Shown: piece after piece, positions 19,796-29,348 of the stretch | Layout of the letters: every line of letters begins with the position of its first letter | Position numbering within the stretch: the stretch's first letter is position 1 | NCBI GenBank assembly: GCA_050252415.1 | Contig: JBFWKZ010000001.1 | Span: 1-57,179 of the forward strand | Length of the DNA stretch: 57,179 nt | DNA from: Oscillospiraceae bacterium | Lineage (GTDB): Bacteria; Bacillota; Clostridia; Oscillospirales; Oscillospiraceae | Direction of reading: 5' to 3' | Notes under the pieces: model-generated | Database searches by the model: none | What the model was told of the DNA's origin: nothing | Seen by the model: only the letters and a program-made list of their open reading frames with translations | Program-made: the position numbers and the translations under genes

Positions 19796-19824
19796 ACTTA
19801 TGCGTTATTTATTATCATTAAGCC

Positions 19825-19865
19825 ATGATCCCCAAATGCCGGACGGCATTTGGGGATCATTTTAT
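19825..19865 (+). terminator. intrinsic terminator of the pilus-like operon
   Basis: Perfect 14-bp stem GATCCCCAAATGCC (19827-19840), loop ggac, GGCATTTGGGGATC (19845-19858), followed by attttat. Confidence 0.8.
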
Positions 19866-19963
19866 ATATGCCGAAGACGTATTGGAGATATTTTGGCCCC
19901 GATGCTTTTCTGCAGAGACGGGCAAATACGGCAAAGTCCGGTGCTGCTGGCACAATAAAGAGA

Positions 19964-19997
19964 AAAAGGTCCCGACCATAATTGGACGGGACCTTTT
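19964..19997 (-). terminator. intrinsic terminator of ppdK
   Basis: aaaaGGTCCCG...CGGGACCtttt. On the minus strand the stem is followed by a T-run. It sits 30 nt downstream of the ppdK stop. Confidence 0.75.
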
Positions 19998-20028
19998 CCT
20001 GATAGGAGTAAAAAGTGTGTTGTATAAT

Positions 20029-22653
20029 TTATTTGCCGTACTTGATTGCAGCGTGAGCGGCAGCAAGTCTGGCAATGGGAAGGCGGAAAGGTGAGCAGGA
20101 GACATAGTTCAGACCGATCTTATGGCAGAACTCCACGGAAGCGGGGTCGCCGCCATGCTCGCCGCAGACACCCATCTTGATGTCGGGGCGTGTTTTACGG
20201 CCAAGCTCAGCCGCAATACCGATGAGCTTGCCGACGCCGATTTGATCGAGCTTTTCAAACGGATCGTTCTCAAAGATCTGGCGGTCATAGTAAGCGGGGA
20301 GCAGACGCATGGTGTCGTCACGGCTGAAACCGTAGGTCATCTGGGTCAGATCGTTGGTACCAAAGCTGAAGAATTCGGCTTCCTTGGCGATCTCATCAGC
20401 GGTGAGAGCGGCGCGGGGAATCTCAATCATGGTACCGATATGGTACTGAAGCTCTACGCCGGAATCGGCGATAATCTTGTCTGCCGTGGTTTTGACGACG
20501 CCTTTAACAAACTTGAATTCCTTGGCATCGCAGGTGAGGGGAATCATGATCTCGGGAATGATATTGACACCGGTCTCCTCCTTGACGTTCAGAGCGGCCT
20601 CGACAATGGCGCGGGCCTGCATCTCGGCAATCTCCGGATAGGTGACGGCAAGACGGCAGCCGCGGTGGCCCATCATCGGATTAACTTCGTGGAGACTCTT
20701 GACAACCTTCTTTAAGTGTTTAAAGGTGACGCCCATAGTCTCGGCCAGTTCGGCGATATCGTCGTCGGCTGTAGGCAGGAACTCGTGGAGAGGGGGATCG
20801 AGAAGACGAATGGTTACAGGGCGCTCGCCCATGACTTTGAAGATACCCTCAAAGTCGCTGCGCTGCATGGGAAGCAGCTTATCAAGAGCAACGCGGCGCT
20901 GCTCCTCGGTCTCGGAGATGATCATCTCGCGAACAGCGGGGATACGATCGGCGTTGAAGAACATATGCTCGGTACGGGTAAGGCCAATACCCTCGGCGCC
21001 GAATTTAACAGCGGCAGCTGCGTCGGCCGGGGTGTCGGCATTTGTGCGGACCTTCAGCTTGCGGATAGAATCGGCCCAACCCATGATCGTGGCAAAGTCG
21101 CCGGAGACGGTCGCGTCAACGGTGGGGATACTGCCAATATAGACATTACCTGTCGTTCCATCGAGAGACATAAACTCGCCCTCGCTGATGCGCTGTCCCT
21201 CAACAGTGAGGTATTTCTTCTCCTCATTGATGCGGATGGCGGAGCATCCTGCAACACAGCAGGTTCCCATACCGCGGGCAACAACAGCAGCGTGGGAGGT
21301 ACGTCCGCCGGTGGCGGTCAGAATGCCCTGGGCGGCAGCCATGCCTTCGATGTCCTCAGGGCTTGTCTCACTGCGGACAAGGAGGACGGGGCCGTTTTTC
21401 GCAGCTTCCTTTGTGTCTTCGGCGGTGAAGTATATCGCGCCGCAGGCGGCTCCGGGTGAAGCGGCAAGACCGGTGGCAACAGGCTTTGCAGCCTTAAGTG
21501 CGTTTTTCTCAAATTGAGGATGGAGGAGGCTGTCGAGCTGCTTCGGCTCGATCTTCAGCAGAGCCTCTTCCTTAGTGACCATACCCTCGGCCACAAGGTC
21601 GACGGCAATCTTAAGAGCGGCGGGTGCGGTGCGCTTACCGTTACGCGTTTGAAGCATGTAGAGCTTGCCGCGCTCAATGGTAAACTCCATATCCTGCATA
21701 TCGCGGTAATGGTTCTCAAGCTTGGTCGCGATGGCAACGAACTCGTCGTAGACGGCGCGGTTCGTATCCTTGAGCTGATCGATGGTCTGGGGGGTACGGA
21801 TACCGGCAACGACATCCTCGCCCTGTGCATTCATAAGGAATTCGCCGTAGAGCTTCTTCTCACCGGTTGCGGGATCGCGGGTGAAAGCGACACCGGTACC
21901 GGAATCGTCGCCCATATTGCCGAACGCCATCATCTGGACGTTAACGGCAGTACCCCACCAGCTGGGGATGTCGTTCATGCGGCGGTAAACAATTGCGCGG
22001 GGATTGTTCCAGCTGCGGAAAACAGCGGTGATGGCGGCCATCATCTGGATCTTGGGGTCGGTGGGGAATTCGGTTCCCATCTTTTCAAGGTAGAAAGCCT
22101 TAAATTTTCCGACAAGCTCCTTCATGTCTTCAGTGGTGAGCTGGGCATCATACTGAACGCCGCGGCGCTCTTTAACCTCATCGATAAAGCCTTCAAAGCT
22201 GCTCTTTGGGAGCTCCATGACGACATCGGAAAACATCTGAATGAAACGGCGGTAGCTGTCATATACGAAACGGGGGTTGCCGGTCAGTTCACACATGCCC
22301 TCGGCAACTTCGTCGTTCAGGCCAAGGTTTAAGATGGTGTCCATCATGCCGGGCATAGATGCGCGCGCACCGGAACGTACGGAGACGAGAAGCGGATTTT
22401 TCTTATCACCAAACTTTTTGCCACAGATTTTCTCCATCTTGGCGAGATATGCAAAGATCTCTTCCTCAATTTCGGGAGCGATGGTCTTGCTGTCCTCATA
22501 GTAGCGGGTACAAGCCTCAGTGCTGACGGTGAAGCCTTGGGGTACGGGCATGCCAAGATTGGTCATCTCGGCAAGGTTTGCGCCCTTGCCTCCCAACAGT
22601 TCACGCTGGCTTCCATTTCCCTCTGAGAACAGGTACACATACTTTTTACTCAT
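20029..22653 (-). CDS. ppdK: pyruvate, phosphate dikinase
   Basis: 874 aa. N-terminus 'KYVYLFSEGNGSQRELLGGKGANLAEM', phospho-His region 'GGRTSHAAVVARGMG', and C-terminal PEP-utilising TIM barrel 'FFSFGTNDLTQMT...CGEHGGDP'. Confidence 0.97.
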   Translation of the reverse strand: MSKKYVYLFSEGNGSQRELLGGKGANLAEMTNLGMPVPQGFTVSTEACTRYYEDSKTIAPEIEEEIFAYLAKMEKICGKKFGDKKNPLLVSVRSGARASMPGMMDTILNLGLNDEVAEGMCELTGNPRFVYDSYRRFIQMFSDVVMELPKSSFEGFIDEVKERRGVQYDAQLTTEDMKELVGKFKAFYLEKMGTEFPTDPKIQMMAAITAVFRSWNNPRAIVYRRMNDIPSWWGTAVNVQMMAFGNMGDDSGTGVAFTRDPATGEKKLYGEFLMNAQGEDVVAGIRTPQTIDQLKDTNRAVYDEFVAIATKLENHYRDMQDMEFTIERGKLYMLQTRNGKRTAPAALKIAVDLVAEGMVTKEEALLKIEPKQLDSLLHPQFEKNALKAAKPVATGLAASPGAACGAIYFTAEDTKEAAKNGPVLLVRSETSPEDIEGMAAAQGILTATGGRTSHAAVVARGMGTCCVAGCSAIRINEEKKYLTVEGQRISEGEFMSLDGTTGNVYIGSIPTVDATVSGDFATIMGWADSIRKLKVRTNADTPADAAAAVKFGAEGIGLTRTEHMFFNADRIPAVREMIISETEEQRRVALDKLLPMQRSDFEGIFKVMGERPVTIRLLDPPLHEFLPTADDDIAELAETMGVTFKHLKKVVKSLHEVNPMMGHRGCRLAVTYPEIAEMQARAIVEAALNVKEETGVNIIPEIMIPLTCDAKEFKFVKGVVKTTADKIIADSGVELQYHIGTMIEIPRAALTADEIAKEAEFFSFGTNDLTQMTYGFSRDDTMRLLPAYYDRQIFENDPFEKLDQIGVGKLIGIAAELGRKTRPDIKMGVCGEHGGDPASVEFCHKIGLNYVSCSPFRLPIARLAAAHAAIKYGK

Positions 22654-22799
22654 TTACTTCTTCCTTTCCTGACCCATTTCGGTCAACTCTATAATGTATT
22701 TTTATCGAAGCGTTTATAGTTAGGCTGCGATATAAAAGCATATAGTCAGGGTTTTAACATACTTGCTACAAACGTCGGGTACGTTTCTCACCAGACGAA

Positions 22800-22828
22800 A
22801 TTATAGCATAAAAATTGTGTAATTTCAA
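22800..22828 (-). promoter_or_regulatory. candidate sigma-A promoter for ppdK
   Basis: The minus strand reads TTGAAA (22828-22823), a 17-nt spacer, then TATAAT (22805-22800). This is about 150 nt upstream of the ppdK ATG. Confidence 0.5.
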
Positions 22829-23198
22829 TACATTGCATTGAGTTTAATATAAAAATTTTACAAAAAAATTTAAATTCATTTGTTAAGAAAATAGCAATTT
22901 TTTCAAGACGATTCCTTAAGTTTTTATATGCCGTCGCCATGGTGCTATAAAGAAATCTGATGGCCATTCAGACAAATATACGTCTGGCTTTGTTGATAAA
23001 CGATAAAAGCATCAATGGCCTGAAATAGCGGTTGTGCAATATGACGGCCATCGGAAAATGATGGAAAATCAGGTTATAACCGCAATAGAATGTGTAAAGT
23101 AACGGCATTTGCAGGATTAGATAAACAAAACTTGCAAAAATAAACCGCCATGCGGTATTGTAGCCGTTTTATCGGCATTTCAGCCCTCAATGACCAAG

Positions 23199-23243
23199 AA
23201 AAAAACAAAAAGCTTCTGCGGAAAATGTTTCACAGAAGCTTTT
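23199..23243 (-). terminator. intrinsic terminator downstream of ricT
   Basis: The minus strand reads AAAGCTTCTG-tgaaacattttccg-CAGAAGCTTT followed by ttgttttttt. Confidence 0.75.
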
Positions 23244-23356
23244 ATAAATGACATAATCAGATAAATATTGTATTAACTTTTTTAAATGAATCGCGCTGCC
23301 CACAGCCGATCTGCCGTTATTTCTGATAGATATGGGAAAGTAAAGGCGTGTCGCGG

Positions 23357-24613
23357 TTATTCGCTCTTTGTGTTATCGGGAGACTTTGGCTTGCGGTGGT
23401 AATAGCGGCGGCGGCCGTCGTTTTTGTTAGATTGTGCGGCACCGTCTGCATCGGGTTTCGGCTGAGGCTTCTTTTCCTGCTGCGGCTTTTTCTGCTGGTG
23501 CGGGCGTACAGATTTTTTTTCCTGCGGCAGCTTTGCAGAGGAAACTTCCTGTTCATGTTTATCGGATGCGGCGCTTTTTGGCCTCCGGGGACGGGGCCTG
23601 CGCCGTGATCGTCGGGATTTTCCCTCATCCCCTTCACTGCTGCCGTCCGTCATCTTCTTTTCGGGTTCGTCAAGCGGAGCTACAGCCGGTTCAGCCTGGG
23701 AAGAGGAGGACGCCGGGACATCGGGCTCCGATTTTTCGGCCTTGGTTTCTTCTTCGGATGGGAGTGTCAGTACCGACGGCAAAGGCTCGCCGGGCTTTGG
23801 TCTGCCTCCGGGGACGGTTGCGACTTCACCGACTTCAAACGTTTTGATGGCCTGATCGGCGCCGTCAAGACGAACCTTTATTTTTTGCCGCAGGAGGTTT
23901 ATCTGAGTAACATTGCCGTATCCTGCCGGGGTCTGAACAAAAGCACCGTTTTTCGGCATATTTTTGACCAACTCTTCATAGGCTTCCTGCTCATAGCGCA
24001 GACAGCACATCAGTCTGCCGCAGCTTCCCGAGATTTTTGTCGGGTTCAAAGACATAGACTGGGTTTTTGCCATCTTAGTGGATACGGGAAGAAAATCATC
24101 AAGGAACTGGCTGCAGCAGAACGGCCTGCCGCATATGCCAAGGCCGCCGATCATTTTGGCCTCATCGCGCACGCCTATCTGGCGGAGCTCGATGCGGGTG
24201 CGGAAAACACCGGCGAGATCTTTGACCAGTTCGCGGAAATCCACTCTCCCCTCGGAGGCAAAGAAAAATATAATTTTATTACCCTCAAAATTGCACTCGA
24301 CATCCACCAGCTTCATGTCCAGGCCGTGGGCGGCAATTTTTTTCTGGCATATTTCAAAGGCGTCCTTCTCCCGGGACTTGTTGACCCGTGCAACACGCAG
24401 ATCATCCTCCGTCGCAACCCTGACAACCGGACGCAAAGGCTGTATTATGCGCTCGTCCGTAACCCAATGATTGCTGTAGACGCAGTCGGCAAGCTCGAGC
24501 CCTTTTGAGGTTTCGACAACGACCGGGGCATTTTCGGGGATATCGAGTCCGTTCGGGGAGAAGAAATAAAGTTTGCCTCTGTTTTTGAATCGTACGCTTA
24601 CTACTTCAGTCAA
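23357..24613 (-). CDS. ricT: PSP1-domain protein RicT/YaaT with a long basic low-complexity C-terminal extension
   Basis: The PSP1 core is 'VVSVRFKNRGKLYFF...GRVDFRELVKDLAGVFRTRIELRQIGVRDEAK...CGRPFCCSQFL...CGRLMCCLRYE'. I chose the TTG start at 24613, which lies 7 nt after GAGGA and 10 nt after the holB stop. The ORF-track start at 24682 would overlap holB. The last ~150 aa are rich in K/P/E/Q/R. Confidence 0.85.
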   Translation of the reverse strand: MTEVVSVRFKNRGKLYFFSPNGLDIPENAPVVVETSKGLELADCVYSNHWVTDERIIQPLRPVVRVATEDDLRVARVNKSREKDAFEICQKKIAAHGLDMKLVDVECNFEGNKIIFFFASEGRVDFRELVKDLAGVFRTRIELRQIGVRDEAKMIGGLGICGRPFCCSQFLDDFLPVSTKMAKTQSMSLNPTKISGSCGRLMCCLRYEQEAYEELVKNMPKNGAFVQTPAGYGNVTQINLLRQKIKVRLDGADQAIKTFEVGEVATVPGGRPKPGEPLPSVLTLPSEEETKAEKSEPDVPASSSSQAEPAVAPLDEPEKKMTDGSSEGDEGKSRRSRRRPRPRRPKSAASDKHEQEVSSAKLPQEKKSVRPHQQKKPQQEKKPQPKPDADGAAQSNKNDGRRRYYHRKPKSPDNTKSE

Positions 24614-24623
24614 AACTTTTTCC

Positions 24624-25466
24624 TCATTCCAATTCAATTGTGCATGCGGCAATAAGACCAAGTATTTGCTTAACGCCGACATTGGAGCGAATATATGCGG
24701 AACAACGGTCCGTCAGGGTATAAATTTCCATAAGCCTGGCGGCGGATAAACCGGAAATCGTTTCCCTGCCCGCCAGGGCTGCGCCGATCAGAAGGCGGAC
24801 ATTCTGCAAAAAGTCATCCAGCTCTGCCGCCGTTTGCTCTTCCATAGAGAGACACAGCCGCAAAAGGCCGAGCCTGTCACCCTCGGCGGCGAGACGGAGA
24901 TAGGCCTTTTCCTGCTCCCCAAAATACGGACACGTGTCGTCGGCTGCGGCATAGAGTGCGACGCATCGCGAGCGGATCGTGTCCAGCAGTGCGCCGGGAT
25001 TTTCCACACAAAGTATGAAGCGGACATATTCCGGCGGTTCCTCCAGCAGCTTTAACAGTGCGTTTTGCGCCTGTAAATTCATATATTCCGCATCGGATAT
25101 CAAATAGACTTTTTTATCGGCCTCATTCGGAAGAACGGCGGAGTCGGCGCCGAGGTCTCGTATCTGGGCAACATAAATCTCGCGCTTCGGCTTACCCTTG
25201 TCGTCTAAAGGCCGGGTGACCGTTATGACGTCCGGATGGATGCCGCTCAGTATTTTCCGGCAATTTTTACAGACGCCGCACGCCGTCTCGCCATTTTCGG
25301 AACAGAGCATCAGGGCGGCAAGCTGCCGGCCCAATGTCTCCAGATATTTGCCCGGCGCGATTAAAACGTATGCGTGGGACAGCCTGTCCCGCCTGAGACG
25401 GGGAAGGCAAGGTTCAGTTTGTGTGCTTGGCATGACATGCGTCACAGTCGCAGCTGCAGCCGACAA
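24624..25466 (-). CDS. holB: DNA polymerase III subunit delta'
   Basis: 'RLSHAYVLIAPG' with a degenerate P-loop, the zinc-module-like 'CGVCKNCRKILSGIHPDV', 'KVYLISDAEYMNLQAQNALLKLLEEPP' and 'SRC'. Synteny with ricT supports the call. The start is uncertain: TTG at 25466 or ATG at 25433. Confidence 0.8.
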   Translation of the reverse strand: MSAAAATVTHVMPSTQTEPCLPRLRRDRLSHAYVLIAPGKYLETLGRQLAALMLCSENGETACGVCKNCRKILSGIHPDVITVTRPLDDKGKPKREIYVAQIRDLGADSAVLPNEADKKVYLISDAEYMNLQAQNALLKLLEEPPEYVRFILCVENPGALLDTIRSRCVALYAAADDTCPYFGEQEKAYLRLAAEGDRLGLLRLCLSMEEQTAAELDDFLQNVRLLIGAALAGRETISGLSAARLMEIYTLTDRCSAYIRSNVGVKQILGLIAACTIELE

Positions 25467-25848
25467 TGGGCTCCGGATCGATGCCCTGACGCTTATAGTA
25501 GTCGGCGAGGGCGGACTTTATGCCCTCTTCGGCGAGAACGGAGCAGTGCAGCTTGGCCGGGGGCAGTCCGTCCAGAGCTTCCGCCACAGCGCTGTTGGTC
25601 AGCTGCAGGGCCTCCTGGATGGTCTTGCCCTTGACGAGCTCTGTCGCCATGGAGCTTGTCGCAATGGCGGCGCCGCAGCCGAAAGTCTTGAACTTGATGT
25701 CTTCAATGACGTCGTCTTTGATCTTCATATATATTTTCATAATATCGCCGCACTTGGGGTTGCCGACCTGACCGACAGCGTTGGCGTCGGGAATCTCACC
25801 CACATTACGGGGATTGGAAAAATGGTCCATTACTTTATCGGAATACAT
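25414..25848 (-). CDS. nifU: Fe-S cluster assembly scaffold protein NifU/IscU type
   Basis: 144 aa with 'HFSNPRNVGE', 'GNPKCGDIM', 'FKTFGCGAAIASS' and 'KLHCSVLAEE'. Confidence 0.93.
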   Translation of the reverse strand: MYSDKVMDHFSNPRNVGEIPDANAVGQVGNPKCGDIMKIYMKIKDDVIEDIKFKTFGCGAAIATSSMATELVKGKTIQEALQLTNSAVAEALDGLPPAKLHCSVLAEEGIKSALADYYKRQGIDPEPIVGCSCDCDACHAKHTN

Positions 25849-25891
25849 AGGTTTCTCCTTCTTTCTATCATTACGGACATGGTCCGGTCGT

Positions 25892-27070
25892 TTACTTCAA
25901 AGATTTTTCTTTTTCCTCCCACAGGGGAGACATGGCGCGCAGCCGGGTTATGATTTTGGGGAACTCCTCAAGGATGTAGTCCACATCCTCCTCCGTGTTG
26001 CGCTCGTTGAGACTGAGGCGTACGCTGCCGTGTGCAACTTCATGGGACAAACCGATCGCCATCAGAACATGGGACGGATCGAGCGAGCCGCTGGAGCAGG
26101 CGGAGCCGGAGCTTGCACATATCCCGACACGATCGAGGCTGAGGATCATAGACTCGCCCTCAACGCACTCGAACACAAATGAGGCGGTGCCCGGCAGACG
26201 GTTTACGGGGTCTCCGGTCAGACGGGAGAAGGGAATTTTCAAAAGCCCTTCGATGAGCCTGTCTCTCATGGCGGTTATTTTTGCCATGTTTGCGTCCATA
26301 TTGGCGACGGATTCCTTCAGAGCGGCGGCCATCCCGACGATTCCGGCGACGTTCTCTGTTCCGCTGCGGCGGGACCGCTCCTGTCCGCCTCCGGTAATGA
26401 AGGGCGGAAGCTTGATCCCCTTACGGACATAGAGGCAGCCGACGCCCTTAGGGCCGCGGAATTTATGGGCGGAGAGGGAGAGAAAATCAACGCCCGTATC
26501 CTCAACGCTGAAGGGAATATGGCCGATCGCCTGCACCGCGTCGGTGTGAAAGTAGACGCCCTTTTCATGGGCTATGGCACACAGTTCCTTAATCGGAAGG
26601 ATGGTGCCGATCTCATTGTTGGCCGCCATGATGCTGACAAGGGCGGTATCCTCGCGGATTGCATTGCGCAGGTCGTCGGGGTTCACATGTCCGTAGCCGT
26701 CGACGGGCAGATAGGTCGCCTCAACGCCCTCAAATTTTCCGAGCTGGTCCAGCGTATGGCTGATGGCGTGGTGCTCGATGGCGGTGGTTATGATGTGCTT
26801 GCCCCGACATCTGGGCATTTTGAGCACGGACCTGAGGACCCAGTTATCGGATTCCGTACCGCAGCTGGTAAAATATATTTCCTCTGGCTTTGCACCAAGG
26901 CATTCGGCAATATCGGCTCTCGCGTTATCGATGGCCGTCTTTGCCTCCCTGCCGTAGCTGTAAACTCCGGAAGGGTTTCCAAGTGCGTCGCTCAGATATG
27001 GAAGCATGGCGTCAAGCGCGGTTTTGGATACCGCAGTCGTCGCCGCATTGTCTGTATATACTCTTCTCAT
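25892..27070 (-). CDS. nifS: cysteine desulfurase NifS
   Basis: 392 aa. PLP-Lys motif 'LSLSAHKFRGPKGVG', active-site loop 'SSGSACSSG', and N-terminus 'VYTDNAATT'. Confidence 0.93.
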   Translation of the reverse strand: MRRVYTDNAATTAVSKTALDAMLPYLSDALGNPSGVYSYGREAKTAIDNARADIAECLGAKPEEIYFTSCGTESDNWVLRSVLKMPRCRGKHIITTAIEHHAISHTLDQLGKFEGVEATYLPVDGYGHVNPDDLRNAIREDTALVSIMAANNEIGTILPIKELCAIAHEKGVYFHTDAVQAIGHIPFSVEDTGVDFLSLSAHKFRGPKGVGCLYVRKGIKLPPFITGGGQERSRRSGTENVAGIVGMAAALKESVANMDANMAKITAMRDRLIEGLLKIPFSRLTGDPVNRLPGTASFVFECVEGESMILSLDRVGICASSGSACSSGSLDPSHVLMAIGLSHEVAHGSVRLSLNERNTEEDVDYILEEFPKIITRLRAMSPLWEEKEKSLK

Positions 27071-27243
27071 AATTAAGACTCCTTTGATTAAGACTCCTTA
27101 AAATTGCGATATTTCCCGGCAAGCCGCCGGACGGATGCTGCCGGTTGGATATTAAATTATACCACAACAAAGAATTGAATTACAACAATATTTACATAAT
27201 ATTTGTTTTATCGTGTCTTATAAGCAATTATAGACCTTCATTG

Positions 27244-27268
27244 AACAATCTTCTACTTGAAGATTGTT
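27244..27268. promoter_or_regulatory. perfect 10-bp inverted repeat in the nifS/rex divergent promoter region (candidate operator)
   Basis: AACAATCTTC-tactt-GAAGATTGTT. There is no flanking U-tract in either orientation, so it does not look like a terminator. Confidence 0.4.
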
Positions 27269-27381
27269 AAAAAAAGTGGTATACTTTCAATCGATATAAA
27301 TAATTATGAGTGTTGCTGGTAAAGCTTAACGTTATTAATTTTATTTATAGCAATTATCTTCTTGGGAAGGAAATATGAGCA

Positions 27382-28032
27382 ATGAAACGTGTCAATATTT
27401 CGAACAACGTAATTCGCCGGATGCCACGCTATCTCCGCAAATTGGATGACCTTGCCTATCATGGAATAGATCGCATCTCGTCCGGAGAACTTGGAAAGCA
27501 GCTTGGACTTACGCCATCTCAGATTCGACAGGATTTTAGTTGTTTTGGTGAGTTTGGCCAGCAGGGATACGGGTATAATGTTGATAGCCTGAGAGAAGAG
27601 ATTTCCTCAATTTTGGGAATGAAATGCGGATTTCGAGTCATCCTCGTCGGCGTCGGCAACCTGGGACATGCTCTGGTCAATAACTTCGGGTTTGATTCCC
27701 ATGGTTTTAATCTCAAAGCGGCATTTGACGTTGACCCGGAAATTGTCGGCAAGGAACTGGGGGGCGTACATGTTTTTCACTCCTCGGAGCTTATGGATTA
27801 TCTGAGCCGTAATCATATCGACATTGCGGTGCTTTCCGTCCCCCGCCGGCTGGCGAACAACATCGCAAACACGCTTGTGGACTACGGCATACGTGCGATC
27901 TGGAATTTTACGAATATCGAGCTGGACATTAAGGATGAGGGCGTTCTTGTGGAGAATATCCATTTTTCCGACAGCCTGTTGTATCTCAGTTACCACCTTG
28001 CGGAGCAAGCTTTGGAAGAATCCGAGAGCTGA
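27382..28032 (+). CDS. rex: redox-sensing transcriptional repressor Rex
   Basis: 216 aa with 'RMPRYLRKL', 'ISSGELGKQLGLTPSQIRQDFSCFGEFGQQGYGYNV' and the Rossmann motif 'ILVGVGNLGHAL'. Confidence 0.93.
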   Translation: MKRVNISNNVIRRMPRYLRKLDDLAYHGIDRISSGELGKQLGLTPSQIRQDFSCFGEFGQQGYGYNVDSLREEISSILGMKCGFRVILVGVGNLGHALVNNFGFDSHGFNLKAAFDVDPEIVGKELGGVHVFHSSELMDYLSRNHIDIAVLSVPRRLANNIANTLVDYGIRAIWNFTNIELDIKDEGVLVENIHFSDSLLYLSYHLAEQALEESES

Positions 28033-28060
28033 TGTTCCAGACGGTCTATGAGGAATTAAT

Positions 28061-29119
28061 GTGAAACGCAAAACAGTATTATCAATGATATTGGCAATCG
28101 CTCTATTGGCGGGCGTTGGTTATGGATATGCCGCTTCTGCCGGTTCTGCCGGGGATCCGCTGATATCGCTGAGCTTCCTGCAGAGCGATTTTTTGGATAA
28201 CATCCTGTATCAGGCCAAATCTGAAATTAGTTCAGCACTGGGCGGCGCCTATGATTCCGCCTCCGCGGGCATTGCAGGCGACAGCGGCGACACGGGGAGT
28301 TTCAGAGCGGTAGAAATGAAAACTGACGGCGAGATAAGTCTTGGATTTGGCGGCAGCGCCATTGTTCAAAGCGGTGCCGCGAAGCTCAAGGTGGAAAACG
28401 GCGAGGTCATAAATATTACCGAGGGCATAGCGGCCGGCAGCGGCACCGTAAAGTTGGGAAACCGCTATTTTGCCGCAGAGGATACCAGCGCGACAATGAC
28501 GTTCACAGCAGAATCCTCCGTCCTGTTGGACGGGGACGCCACCATTGTCTCCGGCGAACGACTCAACAATGTGTTTACCGATATTTTCCCGAAGGACTGG
28601 TTTTATGCCGATGTTATGAGCGCTGTGGATATGGGGCTTATCAACGGAATGACGGAGACGACTTTTGTCCCGAACGGCAATATCACCAAGGCGCAGGTCA
28701 TTAAGCTTGCCGCCTGCACGTACCAAAAGTATCATGACGGCAAGGTAACGCTGGCGAACGGAAGCCCATGGTATCAGCCATATTCCGATTATGCGCGTGA
28801 AAACGGCATTATATCCGCCGAGCCGGAGGATTATAATTCCGCCGCTTCACGCAGCTATTATATTGCCGTCATGTATCGCGCGATGCCCGAGCAGGAATAC
28901 GATGAGATCAATACCGTTTCCGATGATGCCGTTCCCGACGTGAAGCAGGGGGATGCGTATTACGATGAGATCTATACTTTTTACCGCGCCGGTATTGTCA
29001 CGGGAAGCGATGAGAAGGGAACCTTCAACCCGGCATCGGCGGTAAGGCGCAGTGAGGTTGCAACGTTGGTTGCCAGAATGTTTGATCCGGACGTCAGAAA
29101 AACGGTAAATTTAGGATAA
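28061..29119 (+). CDS. secreted protein with C-terminal SLH-like repeats
   Basis: GTG start, signal peptide 'VLSMILAIALLAGVGYGYAAS', and SLH-type segments 'FTDIFPKDWFYADVMSAVDMGLINGMTETTFVPNGNITKAQ' and 'GTFNPASAVRRSEVATLVARM'. Confidence 0.7.
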   Translation: MKRKTVLSMILAIALLAGVGYGYAASAGSAGDPLISLSFLQSDFLDNILYQAKSEISSALGGAYDSASAGIAGDSGDTGSFRAVEMKTDGEISLGFGGSAIVQSGAAKLKVENGEVINITEGIAAGSGTVKLGNRYFAAEDTSATMTFTAESSVLLDGDATIVSGERLNNVFTDIFPKDWFYADVMSAVDMGLINGMTETTFVPNGNITKAQVIKLAACTYQKYHDGKVTLANGSPWYQPYSDYARENGIISAEPEDYNSAASRSYYIAVMYRAMPEQEYDEINTVSDDAVPDVKQGDAYYDEIYTFYRAGIVTGSDEKGTFNPASAVRRSEVATLVARMFDPDVRKTVNLG

Positions 29120-29348
29120 ACCACCTGCTATGATCGCAAAAATTCGCAGCAGGACAGCAAATAACAAGAGGACTTAAATCTGTTTTTCCGGTGACGTATG
29201 TCGCCGTGAAAACACCCCGATTCGCCGCCAAAGCGGCGAAACCGGGGCATTAACGAGGGGTAGGGGGGATACCTCTCATAAAGCGTGCCGAAGCATCGGT
29301 ACGCGCAGCGGCCGGGATTGCCGGCCGCTTGTTATTGGAGGGACAAAT

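Noticed and set aside
20122-22332. Three long plus-strand ORFs (197, 247 and 272 aa)
   Set aside because: All three lie antisense inside ppdK. They have no RBS or motifs and are typical shadow ORFs.
22884-22901. Rex-like site TTGTTAAGAAAATAGCAA upstream of ppdK
   Set aside because: Only one half-site is perfect (12 of 14 half-site positions match overall). It lies ~60-100 bp upstream of the predicted promoter in very AT-rich DNA, where such matches occur by chance.
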